Assembly (NCBI GenBank): GCA_051294375.1
Contig: CM119264.1
Coordinates: 10,453,832 to 10,517,831, forward strand
Length of the DNA stretch: 64,000 nt
Reading direction: 5' to 3'
Source of the DNA: Paraspadella gotoi
Lineage: Eukaryota > Animalia > Chaetognatha
Part shown: positions 13,366 to 27,606 of the stretch, piece after piece
Numbering within the stretch: the first letter of the stretch is position 1
Layout: every line of letters begins with the position of its first letter
Made by a program: the position numbers and the translations under genes
Notes under the pieces: generated by a model
The model's input: only the letters and a program-made list of their open reading frames with translations
What the model was told of the DNA's origin: nothing
The model's database searches: none

Positions 13366-15342
13366 GGATTTAAAAAACTCTCCCGACCAATTGAATGAAA
13401 AGGTCCGACGGTCGAACCGGAACGGGTCTTCTCGAACCGTCTTCTCGAACCGGAACGGGTCTTCTATTGGCGCCGAGTCCCCGAACGACCGTTAGCGCGT
13501 AAAAGACGCCTCGTCCTCATAATCGGAAAAGGTCTGGGGTTCGACCGCGTGAAATATGGCGAGGGCGTGGTCGTACGGCACGCCCACTTACGCTTTCGAG
13601 ACGATTGTAAAATAGGCGGTCAGTCGGAAGTTTTAGTTGCGAAGCGACGTCAAGATGTTCAATAACGTGATCGGCATTGATATGCGTCGTCGCTGAATTC
13701 TGAGTCATCGCTACGAACATAAAATGAAAATTCAATTTCTGATTCGTTTTTTTTTTAGCTCGCGTGCGAGCATCGCGTGCTCCATTGGTCCACGCCTTAC
13801 TCGCGCACACTCTGCGTTTCGCCAATCGCCTTCGCCTTCCGTATGCGAAGAGCGTATCGTCTTAATAACGACCATAAACAAACTCTCGAGGGCGAAACAA
13901 ATCTTTTCTCGTGGATCTTTTAAGAAATCGCGACCACAGATTCTTTTTTTTTTNNNNNNNNNNNNNNNNNNNNNNNNNNNNNNNNNNNNNNNNNNNNNNN
14001 NNNNNNNNNNNNNNNNNNNNNNNNNNNNNNNNNNNNNNNNNNNNNNNNNNNNNNNNNNNNNNNNNNNNNNNNNNNNNNNNNNNNNNNNNNNNNNNNNNNN
14101 NNNNNNNNNNNNNNNNNNNNNNNNNNNNNNNNNNNNNNNNNNNNNNNNNNNNNNNNNNNNNNNNNNNNNNNNNNNNNNNNNNNNNNNNNNNNNNNNNNNN
14201 NNNNNNNNNNNNNNNNNNNNNNNNNNNNNNNNNNNNNNNNNNNNNNNNNNACCGTAAAAAAAAAGGGAAAGGGGTTTATTTTACGGAGCCTTAATTAGGC
14301 GGAGATATTAACCGCGTTTTATATCGCCGAGGAAACGGGAGTAGGGAGGCTGTATTTCTTTCGCCTCGGTGGCGCTAATTACAGACTGGGACTCCCTCGT
14401 TAGAGGAGAAAATTAACTACCGTGTGGTTGAGGCGAAGAATGGAACTCGTGAAACAATTCAAACAGGTTTTTTTTTCCTCATTTAAGTGTTTTGATTTTT
14501 TTTTTCGTCGTCTGTAGTAGAAGGAAAAAAGTAAAAAGGAATCAGAGTAGTGAAAATGTCTACAATGTTTTTTTTTATTAGCACGATTAAACTAAATTAA
14601 ATACAACTACTAATTGCATATGCATATACTTTTATAAAAAATTTATTAGATTCAAGAAAGTCGATAGTTTTCTTTGCTGTAGCCGTGGTCAGCTGGATCG
14701 AATTCAATGAGCTGGAGCGATTTACCTTTTCCATATGAGAGAGAGCCATAAACCATGAACCATGAGATAGCCAAAGGCAAGTTTTATTCTCTGAAGCCAA
14801 GAGATTTCTGGTAAAATGTAAGAAAATGCTGGAGCTTAGAGGTTAGTGAGGCCGAAGCCTTGGGCCTTGTTTCCCTATGCGTTTTTTCGCGGAGGTAATT
14901 GGAAAATTGGGATTTTGGGATTTTCAAGGGAATCGTAAGATGGCACTATTTTTAATTTCGACAAATCTTTGTCTTTAAATGATCTACTTTATACAAGCCA
15001 GTACATGTACGATGTCAACTTTCGCTTCTTCCCTTTTTTTTTCAATTTAATTTAATTGTCTTCGCAAAGTTGATTCAAATCTCCTCTGATTCTTTTCTCG
15101 AGAATCAGCGGACCGTAGGTTGCGATATTTTGTAGTACATGATCGTTTATAACAAATATCTGACATATGTGAAAGCTTCATGCGGGAATGTAAAAAAGGA
15201 GCAGATATGTCCAAAGAAGGGAAGAAAACGTTTCTTGCATCGAGAAAAGAAAGAAGAAGAAAGAAGAGCAAGCGAGAAAGGGGAGGGAGATGAGACGAGA
15301 GAGCAGAGCAGAGATGAGAGAAGAGACGAGAGAGAGAGACTG

Positions 15343-15380
<38 letters not shown>

Positions 15381-15810
15381 AACCTTCTTACCCCCACTTT
15401 TATGTGGGACTTCAAATTTTGGAGAAAATGATTTTTCACTCTTTCACCGGAAATAAAGTTCACTCGCTACTCGAAACTCTTTTTGGACTCTTCTCTGTTC
15501 TTGGTGTTTTATGCTACTATATTTTTTTCTATGCCTTTTTTTTCGTTTCTATTAACATATCTTTAAATTCATTTCTTCATCTCGTACAATTTTTTTACTT
15601 CATCTTTTTAACGATGGTTTTACTTTTTTTATTTCTTTTTTTTCTATGTCGCTATGACTGTTTCCTCTCACGTCCTCCATCTTCCTCTTTATTTCTTCCT
15701 CTGAATTCTACTTTCCTCCATTTTTCTCTTTTTCGCCAATGAGCTTATCTCTCTTTCGCTCGTGCCCGTTTTTTTTTCCTTCTTTCATATCCATTTTCCG
15801 TTCTACATTC

Positions 15811-16130
15811 AATTCTCTCAATTACTCTCTCCATTCTTTTCTTTCTATTTTTCTCTCTCAACTTCTCTCTCCATTGCTTTCTTTCCATTTCTCTCTCTCA
15901 ACTTCTCTCTCCATTCCTTTCTCTTCATTTCTCGCTCTCAACTTCTCTCTCCATTGCTTTCTTTTCATTTCTCTCTTTCAACTCCTCTCTCTATTCCTTT
16001 CTTTCCATTTCTCTCTTTCAACTCCTCTCTCTATTCCTTTCTTTCCATTTCTCTCTTTCAACTTCTCTCTCCATTCCTTTCTTTCCATTTCTCTCTTTCA
16101 ACTTCTCTCTCCATTTCTTTCTCTTCATTT
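15811..16130 (+). repeat. 40-bp pyrimidine-rich minisatellite, about 8 copies
   Basis: Unit ~ctctctttcaacttctctctccattcctttctttccattt recurs at 15851, 15891, 15931, 15971, 16011, 16051, 16091. Confidence 0.9.
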
Positions 16131-17015
16131 CACTCACTTCATTCCTTTATCTGCATTCCTTTCTTTCCATTCCTTTTTTGCCTCACTTTCCATTCATCAT
16201 TGCTCATTACTCTCTATCTATTTCTCTCTCTTTCTCTCTCTCTCTTCATCTCCTTCTCTCCATCCCTCTTTCTCCATTTTTTTCTTTTTCCATCCCTTTC
16301 TCTCAATCCTTTTCTTTCTCGCTCCTTGTCTTTCAGTTTTACTCGTCTTGGGTCATCATCATCCGTGTCTTCGCATATTTCATTTTTTTTCTCTTCCAGC
16401 TCCTTCTTCCTTTCCGTCTTTTCTTTTAATCACTGTTGATGTTGTTGTCAGTCTATTTTGTTCTCTGTCTTTCGATTTGTCTTTTAGTTACATTCAAAAC
16501 CTTGGATTACACGTAGTTAAAATACGTTAAAACGCTTAAATTAGCGTCTCGTATGTAGTAAGTCTTTCGGAATTTAACCGTATCTGAATATTTCACTCGG
16601 TTTGTAATTTTCCATTGTTCAGGCGTCGGAATCTAGAACGCTTATATTTTTTTCGGTGTGTTCGTGCATAAAATTGTGCGTACGTGTGGCCTTGAGAGTA
16701 GAATCGTTGACGTCAGCGAGTGAACGAGGTCAAACTTGAAAGGCGAAAACAACGCAACGTGGAAGTTGAGAGGGATTTTTATGGTAGAGGAGAAAGGGTT
16801 ATTGTTGTTGTTGTGGTTGTTGTCTTCGCTCGTTTGCCATGAACAAAACAGAGAAGTTTTTAGGTACAAAACAATGAAGAGATTCGAGAGAGACGAGAAA
16901 AGATCTACGTAAGACTGAACGGTAGACTGTTTTCAAATCACCGGTCTAGTGGGAGACCCGAATCAGAATAACGCCAGCAATAGTCATATAAATGGTCCGT
17001 TTGAAGAAAAGTCTA

Positions 17016-17060
<45 letters not shown>

Positions 17061-17808
17061 CTCAGCCTCAGGATCTGTTTCACCTTCAAATTCAGTGACA
17101 AAGCGCTCAGTTGTTTAGCTTTTCTATGTATAATAATTTTTCAGTTGCTATCCTTGTATCATTATATCATTGTAAGATTAATATCGTTTCTCGTCTTTCA
17201 AAAATTTTTCTCTAAACTTCTCTTTTATTAATTATCCTGTCATCATTTTATTTAAGCTTTTATAAAAATACTATTATTTTTATTTCAGGGTCGAAGTATT
17301 TACATTATTTTTTTGATATTTTTCGCGTATTCCCCTCCTCCATTGCCCTCCCGCGTGTTTTAGACGGTCAGATAGTACCTTTTTCCGTAAAAAAAAATTA
17401 GATTTTCGAATTTTACTTCATTTAATGTAATGTCGTTATGCCGACCGGGGTTAAAATTGAAGCCTCCCTTCGATGTGAAGTACAGAAATTTAAAATGTTT
17501 TGATTTCGGTTGAAAGAGAAATGAACAAAATCATGACATCGACTCTGGACAAAATCTCTCAAAAGAAAAATGAAGAGGAAAGAGAGAAGAGGAAAAGTGG
17601 AGGGCGGAGAAGGGAGAGGGCAATGGCGGTCGAAGACGGAGGAAAGAAAAAAAATGAGTGAAAAGAAATGAAGGAGAATAACGAAGAGAGACAGAGAGAG
17701 ACAGAGAGGAGAGTAAAGGAATGATCGTCATTGCCTGAGTCCCTCACGGTCAACTGAGTTGTTGAGTAAAATCGATTAGCATATATCTCGATGTTAAGAC
17801 TAAGAGAG

Positions 17809-18164
17809 AACAAGAACGGTGATTCCAATGTGTTGTGACTTTATTTTCACGTCTATTTCCCTTTGATCACATTCTATGACATGACATGACATGACACGAC
17901 TTTCTTAGCCCTTATGACATGCACTGCATCGAAATTCTGTATTTTATTCCTTATAGTTTTATGATTTCCTGAAGGCGGCGCTTGCAGTCCCTTAGATTTG
18001 AGGTTTTTTTCCTGTCTTAAGAAATGAGCCATTATATGAATTTTTAACGTAAGTGGGACAGACCGACAGACAGACAAACCGACCGAGAGACAGACAGAAA
18101 GACCGACAGACCGACCGAAAAGTGACCTAAAGTGTTACTGCGCGAGTACCCGCGGGGCAAATAA
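17809..18164 (-). mobile_element. Non-autonomous DINE-1/HINE-like element, copy 1
   Basis: Reverse complement of 19956-20325; GTCY-type microsatellite near the 5' end, (CATGT)n tract, T-rich ends. Family assignment is by architecture only. Confidence 0.7.
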
Positions 18165-18210
18165 AGAGGAAAGCGTGAAGAAGGCAGAAAAAGGGGAGGG
18201 ATGAAGTAAG

Positions 18211-18617
18211 CAGGGACGAAAGGGCAGGTTACAGGGGAAAGGGAAAGGAAGGGTTGACAAAGACAGTAGGGACGAAAGGACAGGTTACAGGGAAGGGAAA
18301 GGGTTGACAAAGAAAGCAGGGACGAAAGGACAGGTTACAGGAGAAGGGAAAGGGTTGACAAGAAAGCGGGGACGAAAGGACAAGGTTATACAGGGAAAAA
18401 GGGAAAGGGTTGACAAAGAAAGCGGGACGAAAGGACAGGTTACAGGGAAAGGGAAAGGGTTGACAAAGAAAGCGGGAGGACGAAGGAGAGACAGAAGGAG
18501 GACAGTTACAGGGAGAAAGGAAAGGGTTGACAAAGAAGCGGGGACGAAGGAAGGTTAGCAGGGGAAGGGAAAGGGTGACAAAGAAAGCGGGACAGTGAAG
18601 AGAAGGAGTAAGGACAG
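18211..18617 (+). repeat. ~50-56 bp purine-rich minisatellite, about 7-8 copies
   Basis: Unit gggacgaaaggacaggttacagggaaagggaaagggttgacaaagaaagc repeated in tandem. Confidence 0.9.
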
Positions 18618-19619
18618 GTGAGGTGGAAACGATGGCGATTCAAGGCGGTGACTCAGGTTTTTTCTCTGAAAAGAAAATGTCCAAGAGGTGAGACGGAGAG
18701 AGAGAGAGAGAAGGAGAGAGAGGATGAGAGAGAGAGAGAGAAGGAAGAGAGAAAGAGAGAGAGGGAGAGAGAGAGGAAAGAGAGGAGAAGAGGAGAAACC
18801 TTGAGCGTCAGCGAGCTAAAAAAAAAAAAGAAAGCATTGATTGACTGCGCAACTTTTAAAAGAGAGACCGGAGGTAAGCTTCCGGTCTTTTTGCCCTCCG
18901 AATTGAGGTCAGGGGTCAAAGGTCAAAAGTAAAAAACGGCGAAAAGACGGTCCGCTTATCCCGCGGAACGTTTGAAAGCAGTTGGGTTCGTGGATTCGAA
19001 GGTCGATGGCCGACAAAAAATTAAAGAAGAAAGGAAAAAAAGGAAAAAAAAGGGGAAAAAATAGCACTAAAAGAGGAATGAAAGGAAGAATCAAAAAAGA
19101 AAAAGATAAAAAAAAGTTGAAAAATAAAAAATGTAATGTAAAAAAATCAAGTCCGAAAGGCGATAAAATTAACCGCCCGTTTCGGACAAAATTTGTTTTT
19201 TCTCTTCTCAAGTCTCTCCCAGTTTTTTTTTTCAGCCTTACCTCAGCTTACCTTCCGCTCATTGAATTTTCTTTTTTTTTCGCTCTAACGAAAAGTCGTG
19301 AGTCACCAGTTTAAAGAAGATGGCGGAAAAGACCGGCGAGAGGTCGAGTGGCAAGGAAGGTGGCAGAGAGAGTTAGATAGGAGGAGACTGGGAGACTGGC
19401 AAAGGGAGACCGGCATCGGAGAGCGTGTGGCGCGAGCGGCGAAAGTATTGCCGAACGGCGAACCGCGGCTTGATTTTGACTCCGGAGCCAAAGAAGTGAA
19501 GGATATTCAATTAGCAGTAAAGTCATGGGAAGAATTCAAATGGAGGTTCCGTTGGCTCGGAGGAGACCTAAATCAAGATCGAAGAATCTCCCGAGCTTTT
19601 CTCTTCCTATCTCTCTCTC

Positions 19620-19666
<47 letters not shown>

Positions 19667-19688
19667 TCTCTTCTCTTTTCTGCTCTCT

Positions 19689-19727
<39 letters not shown>

Positions 19728-19955
19728 TATTTTTTTCTTTCCTTCACTTTTCTTTTTCGCTTCCCCCCTCTTTTCCTCATTCGTTCATTTCGACTCTTTC
19801 TTTTTTTTCATTTTCTTTCTTTTCTCTTTCGTTTTTCTCCTCCATTTTTCTCCTCATTCGTTTCTTATTTATTTCCATTTCTTTCTTCTACGATTATGTT
19901 CATTACTTTAACCTTGGATGCAGTTTTTCCCTCGTTTGTCTCTTCGTTTTTCCAT

Positions 19956-20325
19956 TTTTAGTTGCGCCACGAGTACTCGCAAAGTTAGTCACTTTTCGGT
20001 CGGTTTGTCTGTTGGTCGGTCTGTCGGTCCTTCGGTCTGTCCCAATTATATTAAAAAATTATATAATTCGCTTATAGTTGCTTGCTCATTTATCAAGACA
20101 GGAAAACAACTAACATCTAAGTTACTGCTAGCGCCGACTTCAGGAAATCCTAAAACTATAAGGAATAAAAGACGATTTTCAATGAAGTGCATGTCATAAA
20201 TACAAGGGCTAAGAAAGTTTTCTAGTCATATCATGTCATGTCTTATCATATCATATAATCAAAAGAAAAATACATGTGAAAATATAGTCACTGCGGCGCA
20301 ACACATTGGAATCACAGTTCTTGTT
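19956..20325 (+). mobile_element. Non-autonomous DINE-1/HINE-like element, copy 2
   Basis: ttttagttgcg..gtcacttttcggtcggtttgtctg..aggaataaaagac..gtgcatgtcataaatacaagggc..gaatcacagttcttgtt, shared with 17809-18164 (inverted) and 41540-41730. Confidence 0.7.
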
Positions 20326-20469
20326 TTTTAAATTTATTTACATTTATTATTTCTTTTTTTCCGCGTTCTTCGAAGCCTCGTTTCCCGCTGACGAATTTCA
20401 AGAGACGGCCATTTTCTGGGATGAGCGAGAGTACGCTGTTGAAAAATCGATGGTCTTCTCTCTCTCTCT

Positions 20470-20535
<66 letters not shown>

Positions 20536-23500
20536 TCTCTCTAATCCTATCTATCTATTCTCTCTGCCATCCTTCTTTCCCTTCCTCCTCCTTCTCTTCT
20601 TCTTGTTATTGAGATCGATTCTAATCATCCTCATGTTTCCCCCGCAGCGAGGCGCCTCCGACCGAAGAGACAAATGAACAACAGAGAAACAGAACATCAT
20701 GACGAAGTAATGGAAATAAATGAGGAAGCGGAATGATTTTCAACCGATCGTCCGCCCTTCGCCTCTGCCGATTCTGCCGGCTCTGCCGACATCGCCAGTT
20801 CGCCGCCACGCCCAACTATTTCAAATCCGCTCCATGGTTTCGCTTCGATCCTTTTCTTCTTACTGGATCGTACTTTGCTTTCTTCGTCTTTCTCCTCTCT
20901 TTGTTGTCTTTTATTTCCTTTCTTCTCTTTCATCTATTCACCCAAAGCCCCTTCATATTTCTCTCTTCATCCCACTCCGATTCGTTGCCATCATCTCTAC
21001 CTCCTTTCCCTGTTCTTCATCTCATCTTTCATTCTTTTTACCCAACACTTTGTCCGCTTTCTCCTTTCCTCGTTTCCCATCTCCCTAATCCCACCTCCTT
21101 TCCTCCAATTCTTTTTTTCTTTTCCTCGTTTCCCACTTCCCCCACTTTACCCTCATCCCACCTCCTTTCCTCCAATTCCTTTCTTCTTCCGCTTCGTCGC
21201 CATTTTTATTTCTCGGCGTATCTTTCTTTCCGAGTCCCTATTTTCTCGCGCATTTGTTTTCCTTTTTTCTTTCCTTCTTTTATTTTTTCCGTTTTTTTTT
21301 GTTTGTTTGTTTATGAATCTCTTTATTTCTGTCTTTCGAACTTGTACAACAACAACCTTGGCATTCAGAAATAGGAATTGTGGCAGGAGAAAAAAAAAAT
21401 TAAAAAGTTAGTAAATAGTTTTCTTGAGCATTAAGCAATGGGGGCAAGCACGGTCTGTTTAAAGTTGCAATAAGTGAGTGGTAAACGTTTGCCAAACGGT
21501 GAATGATTTTTTTAAAAATGGTTGACTATAGGAATGATTGAAACTGAAGAAATAGAAGAGAAAATAAAAGGAAGGAAACTAAAAAAAGGTGAGCAATGAA
21601 ATGGAAAGGACAGATGAGCGGAGGCACCAATGAAATCAAACGTAATTTTTCTTCTTTTATTTTCCTTGTGATTTCTGACGTGATTTTTCTACTCGCGTTT
21701 TATAAACGTATTGTATCCCTTCCCTTTCTTTTTTTCTTCGCTTCGTACTTTTCGGTTTCATTCTCACTTCAGAGGCCACGTTAACGGGACAAACATTTAT
21801 CATTGCACAGTTACCTTCTGCTTCAACATATTATTTTTTTTTAAATTTATACCCTTTGATAAGGAGCTTTCTCCGTTGTTACTTTTCTCTAAATCTTTTT
21901 CGGAGGCACATCAGTCAGTCCGAAAGCAGATATCATTTAATAAGTCGTGCATCTCTGTGTCAATCAAAATGCGATAAAAATCCTCATTTGCCATCTACAT
22001 ACATCGCTAACCTCTTTTCACGTTTATTTCTAATATACTCGCCGTCCTAGTATACATTTTCCTCTTAATGATTCGGCGTATTACTCTTAATAAAGAGAAT
22101 CAACATTCACCCGGCGAATTCTTAACGATCAAATGAATGAGTCGAATTTAGTTTCTTTCCCTTCCTCCTCTCTCTTTTCTCCGCTTGAAAAAAGAACTAA
22201 ATTTGAAAAAACAATTATCTAAATCTGGAGAGAAAAAAAAGTGAGGGCCTAAGTTTTCGTTGAGTAGAACAGACCTGGGGCGGCGGAGGGGAGGTCGGGG
22301 GGGGCGAAGGAAAGAGGACAGATGAGAAAGGGAGGAATGGAGATTAAGAGGGGGAGTGTTGTCAGAGAAGAAGGATATGCAAAAAAAAGGAAAGTGAAGA
22401 AAATACATTCGGAAGAAAGAGGGTGTAACACTATAAAGAGAGGATGGCATAAGCCAACGAAAAAAAAGGCCCGGAGTAGGAAGAGCCAAGAGAGAAAAAA
22501 AACTAAAAAAAAAAAAAAAACACCAAACCAAAAATTCTCGTAAAAAAGTGAGAACATCTTTGGGGTTGAAACCCGTCGTCAGACGTCTTCGTCGTCGTCT
22601 TCGGCGTCGTTGTCGTCGTCGTCGTCGTCGCGGTTTTGTAGTGAAAATGCGCGCGTTGAGACCAAATTTGAAAAGAGACACATTTTTTTTAACTTTACTC
22701 CTTCGCGCAATCTGGACGATATTTGGACCAAGAAGAGGACGACGACGACGAAGACGACGACGAAGACGACGACGACGATTTAAAAACATGGAACGAGTTT
22801 GTAGTAAATCGGTTTGCAATTCAGATTTGCTATCATCGCGGTTGGCACTACGTTTGATATTGTCAAGAAAAAAGGAGAAAAGGAAAAACTAGAAACGCAG
22901 CAGAAGTAGGTATTTGTTTAATAATGTAAAGGAAAAGGAAAAAGAGAATAGGATATATAGCTAAAGATGAAAAAGAAGTACAACATAAAGATAAACGAAA
23001 AAAAAAAGAAAGAAAAAGGAGGAAGAGGAAGAGGAAGAGGCTCACAAAACGAAAACGAAAATTGATGACGCAGAAAAGAGTCAAAGTTACTGACGACGTA
23101 AAAATTGAAAGACATGACACAAAGAATAATTCCGTGGCGAAAATGATCATCGACGATGATTACAGATGATCACAGATGAGTATAGATGACCGTTAGACAA
23201 TGATCAAAGAGACAGATTAACGATAACGATAATGACGATGTTTACGATGATGTTGATGATAATTCTTCGATTCCTTTTCTTTTAATCCGCATATATTCAT
23301 CATCATCATCATAATCTTCGTTATGAGTGTCTCAACGATACTGACGATAATGTAGTAATATCATCGCGGGCGAAGTTTTAAAGCTAAAAAAAATCATCTG
23401 TCATTAAATAGAAAGATGAGTCCGAAGATCTACTTGGGAAGAGAGATTACCATAATCCTGGCGACAAGAGACAACGACGACGAAGACGACGACGACGACG

Positions 23501-24733
23501 AAGACGACGACGACGACGATGACTACGACAACCACGAAAACTAGTCGACGTCCAGAAATTTTAGGCGGTGGTTTTTATGAAAATTGATTTACCGCCGGTC
23601 CATTTGAAACCCGCCGCTATAAAAAATTTACATTTTGAAAAAATATATAAAGACAAGACGTACTAATTTTATATTTATAAATATCTTGATAGTTGAGCGA
23701 AAAAAGATAGGGAGCAAATTCGAGCTTTTCAATCGGAAATAAAAGGAAATTCGTTACCTGGAATTGATGGCTCTGTTAAACAATCATAATCTCACTAATT
23801 AGTGCTTATATGGGCATCATAAGAAAGCCCGTTAAAAATTGATTAAGGAATATCGATTATAATTTCTTAAAAGTAATATACTTTGCCACTGACTATTGTT
23901 ACTGACTAAGATAGTAATAAATCTATATCTTATAACTTTGACTTGGCCTTAAAAAAATTTTTTTTCTTTAATGATTCCAAAGTTATAACTTAAGACTTTC
24001 CAGTTTAGGAAAACCGCCTTTGCAGAAACTCTTGTTGCAGGAGTGAACATGATGACGACGACGAAGACGACGACGACGAAGACGACGACGAAGACGACGA
24101 CGACGACGACGTCTAAGACCTCAAGGACGACGACGATGCCGACGAATTCCACGGCGATGATTTCAGAAATGAAGACGGAAAAAAATGATGGAAAAAAGTT
24201 TTATTCTCGAAAAGAAATAAAAGTGAGAAGATGTCGAGAGTCGCTTTTCATTTCAAAGAGAGAAGAACTTCATCAAAAAAGTCGCGAGATGACGTTTATT
24301 CACGACGATTTTCTCTCTTTTTTTTTCTTTCTTTCTTTCTTTCTTTCTTTCGTTCTTTCTTTCTTTCTTTCTTTCTTTTTATTTCTTTTTTTATTTTTTT
24401 TCTTTCTATCTATCTTTCTTTCCTTCTTTCTTTCTATCATTCTTTTTTGTTTTTATATTTTTATTCAACAAACTTTGCTTTTTATACTCATTTATTCTTT
24501 CTTTTTCAATTTTTTCTAAGTTCTTTCCTTCTTTCTTTCTATCATTCCTCGCTCACTTCGCTCTCCCCCTTTTCTCTTTCAACGCAGTTTTTAATAAAAA
24601 AAGACGAGGGATTTTTTTATGAGGTTGTAAGCGACTAAAGATGACATTTGGCCGCGAAAAAAACTCAATATCACGTAAAAACCGGGAAAAGTCGGCAACG
24701 GAAAGCTTAACATAAATGTGCGAGAGAAGAGAG

Positions 24734-24807
<74 letters not shown>

Positions 24808-25457
24808 AGAGAGGAGAGAGAGAGAGAGAAGAGAAGAGAGAGGTGGGGGGAGGGGGAGAGAGCGTAGTATATTACCGACAGGTCCGAAAAAGAACACGAG
24901 CAGATTACGAAGAAAGCGAGAGACGTAGACCCGCAGACAGAGAGAGAGACGATGAAACCAAGGGACGTAAATAGCTTCGAGTCGAGGTGGCGGAAGAAAC
25001 TTAATAGAGATTTTAAAGGAGGAGACCGAAGAGAGAAATGGGAAAAGGGAGGTAAGAGGAGGAGTAGGAGAGGAGGTTAGGAGAAGAGGAAGAGGAAATG
25101 CTCAAAGGAAAGCCGAAAAAATGGAATGACGAGGAAAAGGAGTAGAAAGTGGAAAATGATTATATATGAGAGACGGAGCAGGGAAGTGAGGACAAGGGAG
25201 GGGGAGCAGAGGGAGGGAAGGAGAAATTGAGAAAGGAGAAGGAAAAAAAGGAGACGGAAGGAGGAAAGTAGAAGGGAAAATGTGGAAGAGGTCGTGAGAG
25301 ATGGAGTCGAAGATGAGAGGAGAAAATTCGTGGGGGGAAACGAGAGTCGCTGGAGGAAAGTATAGAGAGACGAGTCTTGATGCAAATGACGTTGATGACA
25401 TTGGAGGTTGCGATAGAGTTAGAGAGGAGAGGGAGAGAGAGAGAGAGAGAGAGAGTG

Positions 25458-25489
<32 letters not shown>

Positions 25490-26257
25490 AGGGAGAGGCG
25501 CGACAATGAGAGAACCTTGAGCTTGAGCGAAGATTTTATGTAAATAGAAATGCTATAACGACGCTTTGGAGAGAACGTCTTCGAGCGCAGGAAGCAGTTT
25601 CGACGCGTTTGCTCGACGTGGCCTCCCGACAGTCAGTCACGTGACCGACGATAAATTAGTCACGTGATGCTGGAGACGCTGCGAGGATTTATGTCTTCTC
25701 TGACTTTAATTCTGTGAAACAATTCACGGTTCTATTGTTTGAGCTTTCAAAATTGAAGATTTTAAAATTCCGTTTGATTATGATGAATTTCACATTTGAC
25801 GTCATTAATCTTTCAGTGAATGTCGTTGTAGTCGTCATCACAGTCGTTTCTTTTCATCTTCAGTCCGCGTCGTTGTCGTCAGTCGCCTTTGACAATGCCT
25901 TTCAAACGCTTATAAAAAAACACTTTTTCGTGAGCTTTTGAAAATTAAAATTCAAAACCTCCCTTTGCTCAAAAAAAAAAATAAATGGCGAAGAAAAGTT
26001 TGTGAGCGACGTTTAAAGTGGCCACTTGTCGTCCCCTCACCGAAAAGCACAAAAAAGCACAAAAAAGCAGAAAAAAAGAACAAAAAAGCAGAAAAAAGGG
26101 GGAAGGCAGCGCGGAATCCGTGATGCTGGAGGAACTGACCTTCCTCGTTCTCCCTTTCGCCGCGAAAAAAATTCAGAGGAAAAAGAGAAGAATTTTTGCT
26201 TACCCTTAACTTTAAAGTCTGGCTTTTGAAAAGGGGCAAAGAAAAATAGGAGGATAA

Positions 26258-26258
26258 A

Positions 26259-26353
<95 letters not shown>
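26258..26353 (+). repeat. (GAAA)n microsatellite
   Basis: Perfect tetranucleotide run. Confidence 0.95.
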
Positions 26354-26355
<2 letters not shown>

Positions 26356-26765
26356 GAATGTAAAGATTGTGAGAATTACGCCGACGATTGAATTCCATTC
26401 ATCTCTTTTCGGTTCAATGGGTCTCCCTCCCTCTTTCTTTCTCTCTCTCTCTCTCTCTCTCTCCTTTCTCTGGAGACGGGGGAAAAGAGGGAGAGTAGTA
26501 TGTAGACTGTGAATGAGAAACGAAGACTTCTCTCGCTTTTAAAAGATTCAGTTGAGAAACTGTTATTCCTGGTTTCTTCCTCTGGTGGTTATTTTTAAAA
26601 CCGACATTCCATCTCGACGAAGCTGAGAAACCCCTTGTGCCCCATGTGGAACGAGAATAAAATTGAACTTCGGGTTCAAAATTTTTCTTAAAATTGTTTT
26701 AATTTTTTTTTCCTCTTTATTAAAAATGGCTACTTTTTTCATTATATCAGCCTCCGTTTTGTTAC

Positions 26766-27030
26766 ATATTTCAATGCCCAACACAATGATTTACGGTTAT
26801 TTATTTTGTCGACACTTAATTCGTCTTCATACTGAGGGTTTTGAAGTCAACTTTTTCTAAGATACAATTTATCAATTCTCTCTTATGTTTGAGACTGATA
26901 TATTTCAATGCCCAACACAATGATTTACGGTTATTTATTTTGTCGACACTTAATTCGTCTTCATACTGAGGGTTTTGAAGTCAACTTTTTCTAAGATACA
27001 ATTTATCAATTCTCTCTTATATTTGAGACT
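26766..27030 (+). repeat. Tandem duplication, two copies, period 134 bp
   Basis: atatttcaatgcccaacacaatg...gagact at 26766-26896 and 26900-27030, one mismatch seen. Confidence 0.92.
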
Positions 27031-27538
27031 CCATCTTCATCATGGTGATCCTCTTCCTCCTCCTCTTCCTCTTCCTCATCCTTCGAGTCTAACGATGTTT
27101 TATCTCTTCTTTGTTCTCGACCTCAGATCCCCAATCTCCAAATTCCCGACCTCGCCTTCCGAATTCATTTGCGGACTTTTTCATATCCAATTTTTCTTAC
27201 AATTTTGAATTTACTATTTTACAATATTTTGTTTTTATATCATATAGAATTCAAACTCAAATCACAGTCATAATAATCACAGTCAATGAACATGAACATC
27301 GACATTCTGTTCTCCATACTTTTGCATGAAAAAAAACGGCGTGAATCGGGCAACAACCCAACTCTTTTTTTTTTCTTTATTCATCCAGCTCTCAGTTATC
27401 ACACCTGCAACGGCATCTGTTTATCCACCCCTGTTTTATTTTGAAAACAAATTGAAAACAGAATCGGTCTACGTTTATATCCACGAGAAAGAGAAAAAGA
27501 AAGGACATAAACAATTCCACGGTTTCGTGCCGACTCTT

Positions 27539-27606
<68 letters not shown>

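Noticed and set aside
18211-18617. Regular repeats resembling a CRISPR array
   Set aside because: Units are contiguous with no unique spacers, no cas genes, and the context is eukaryotic. It is a minisatellite.
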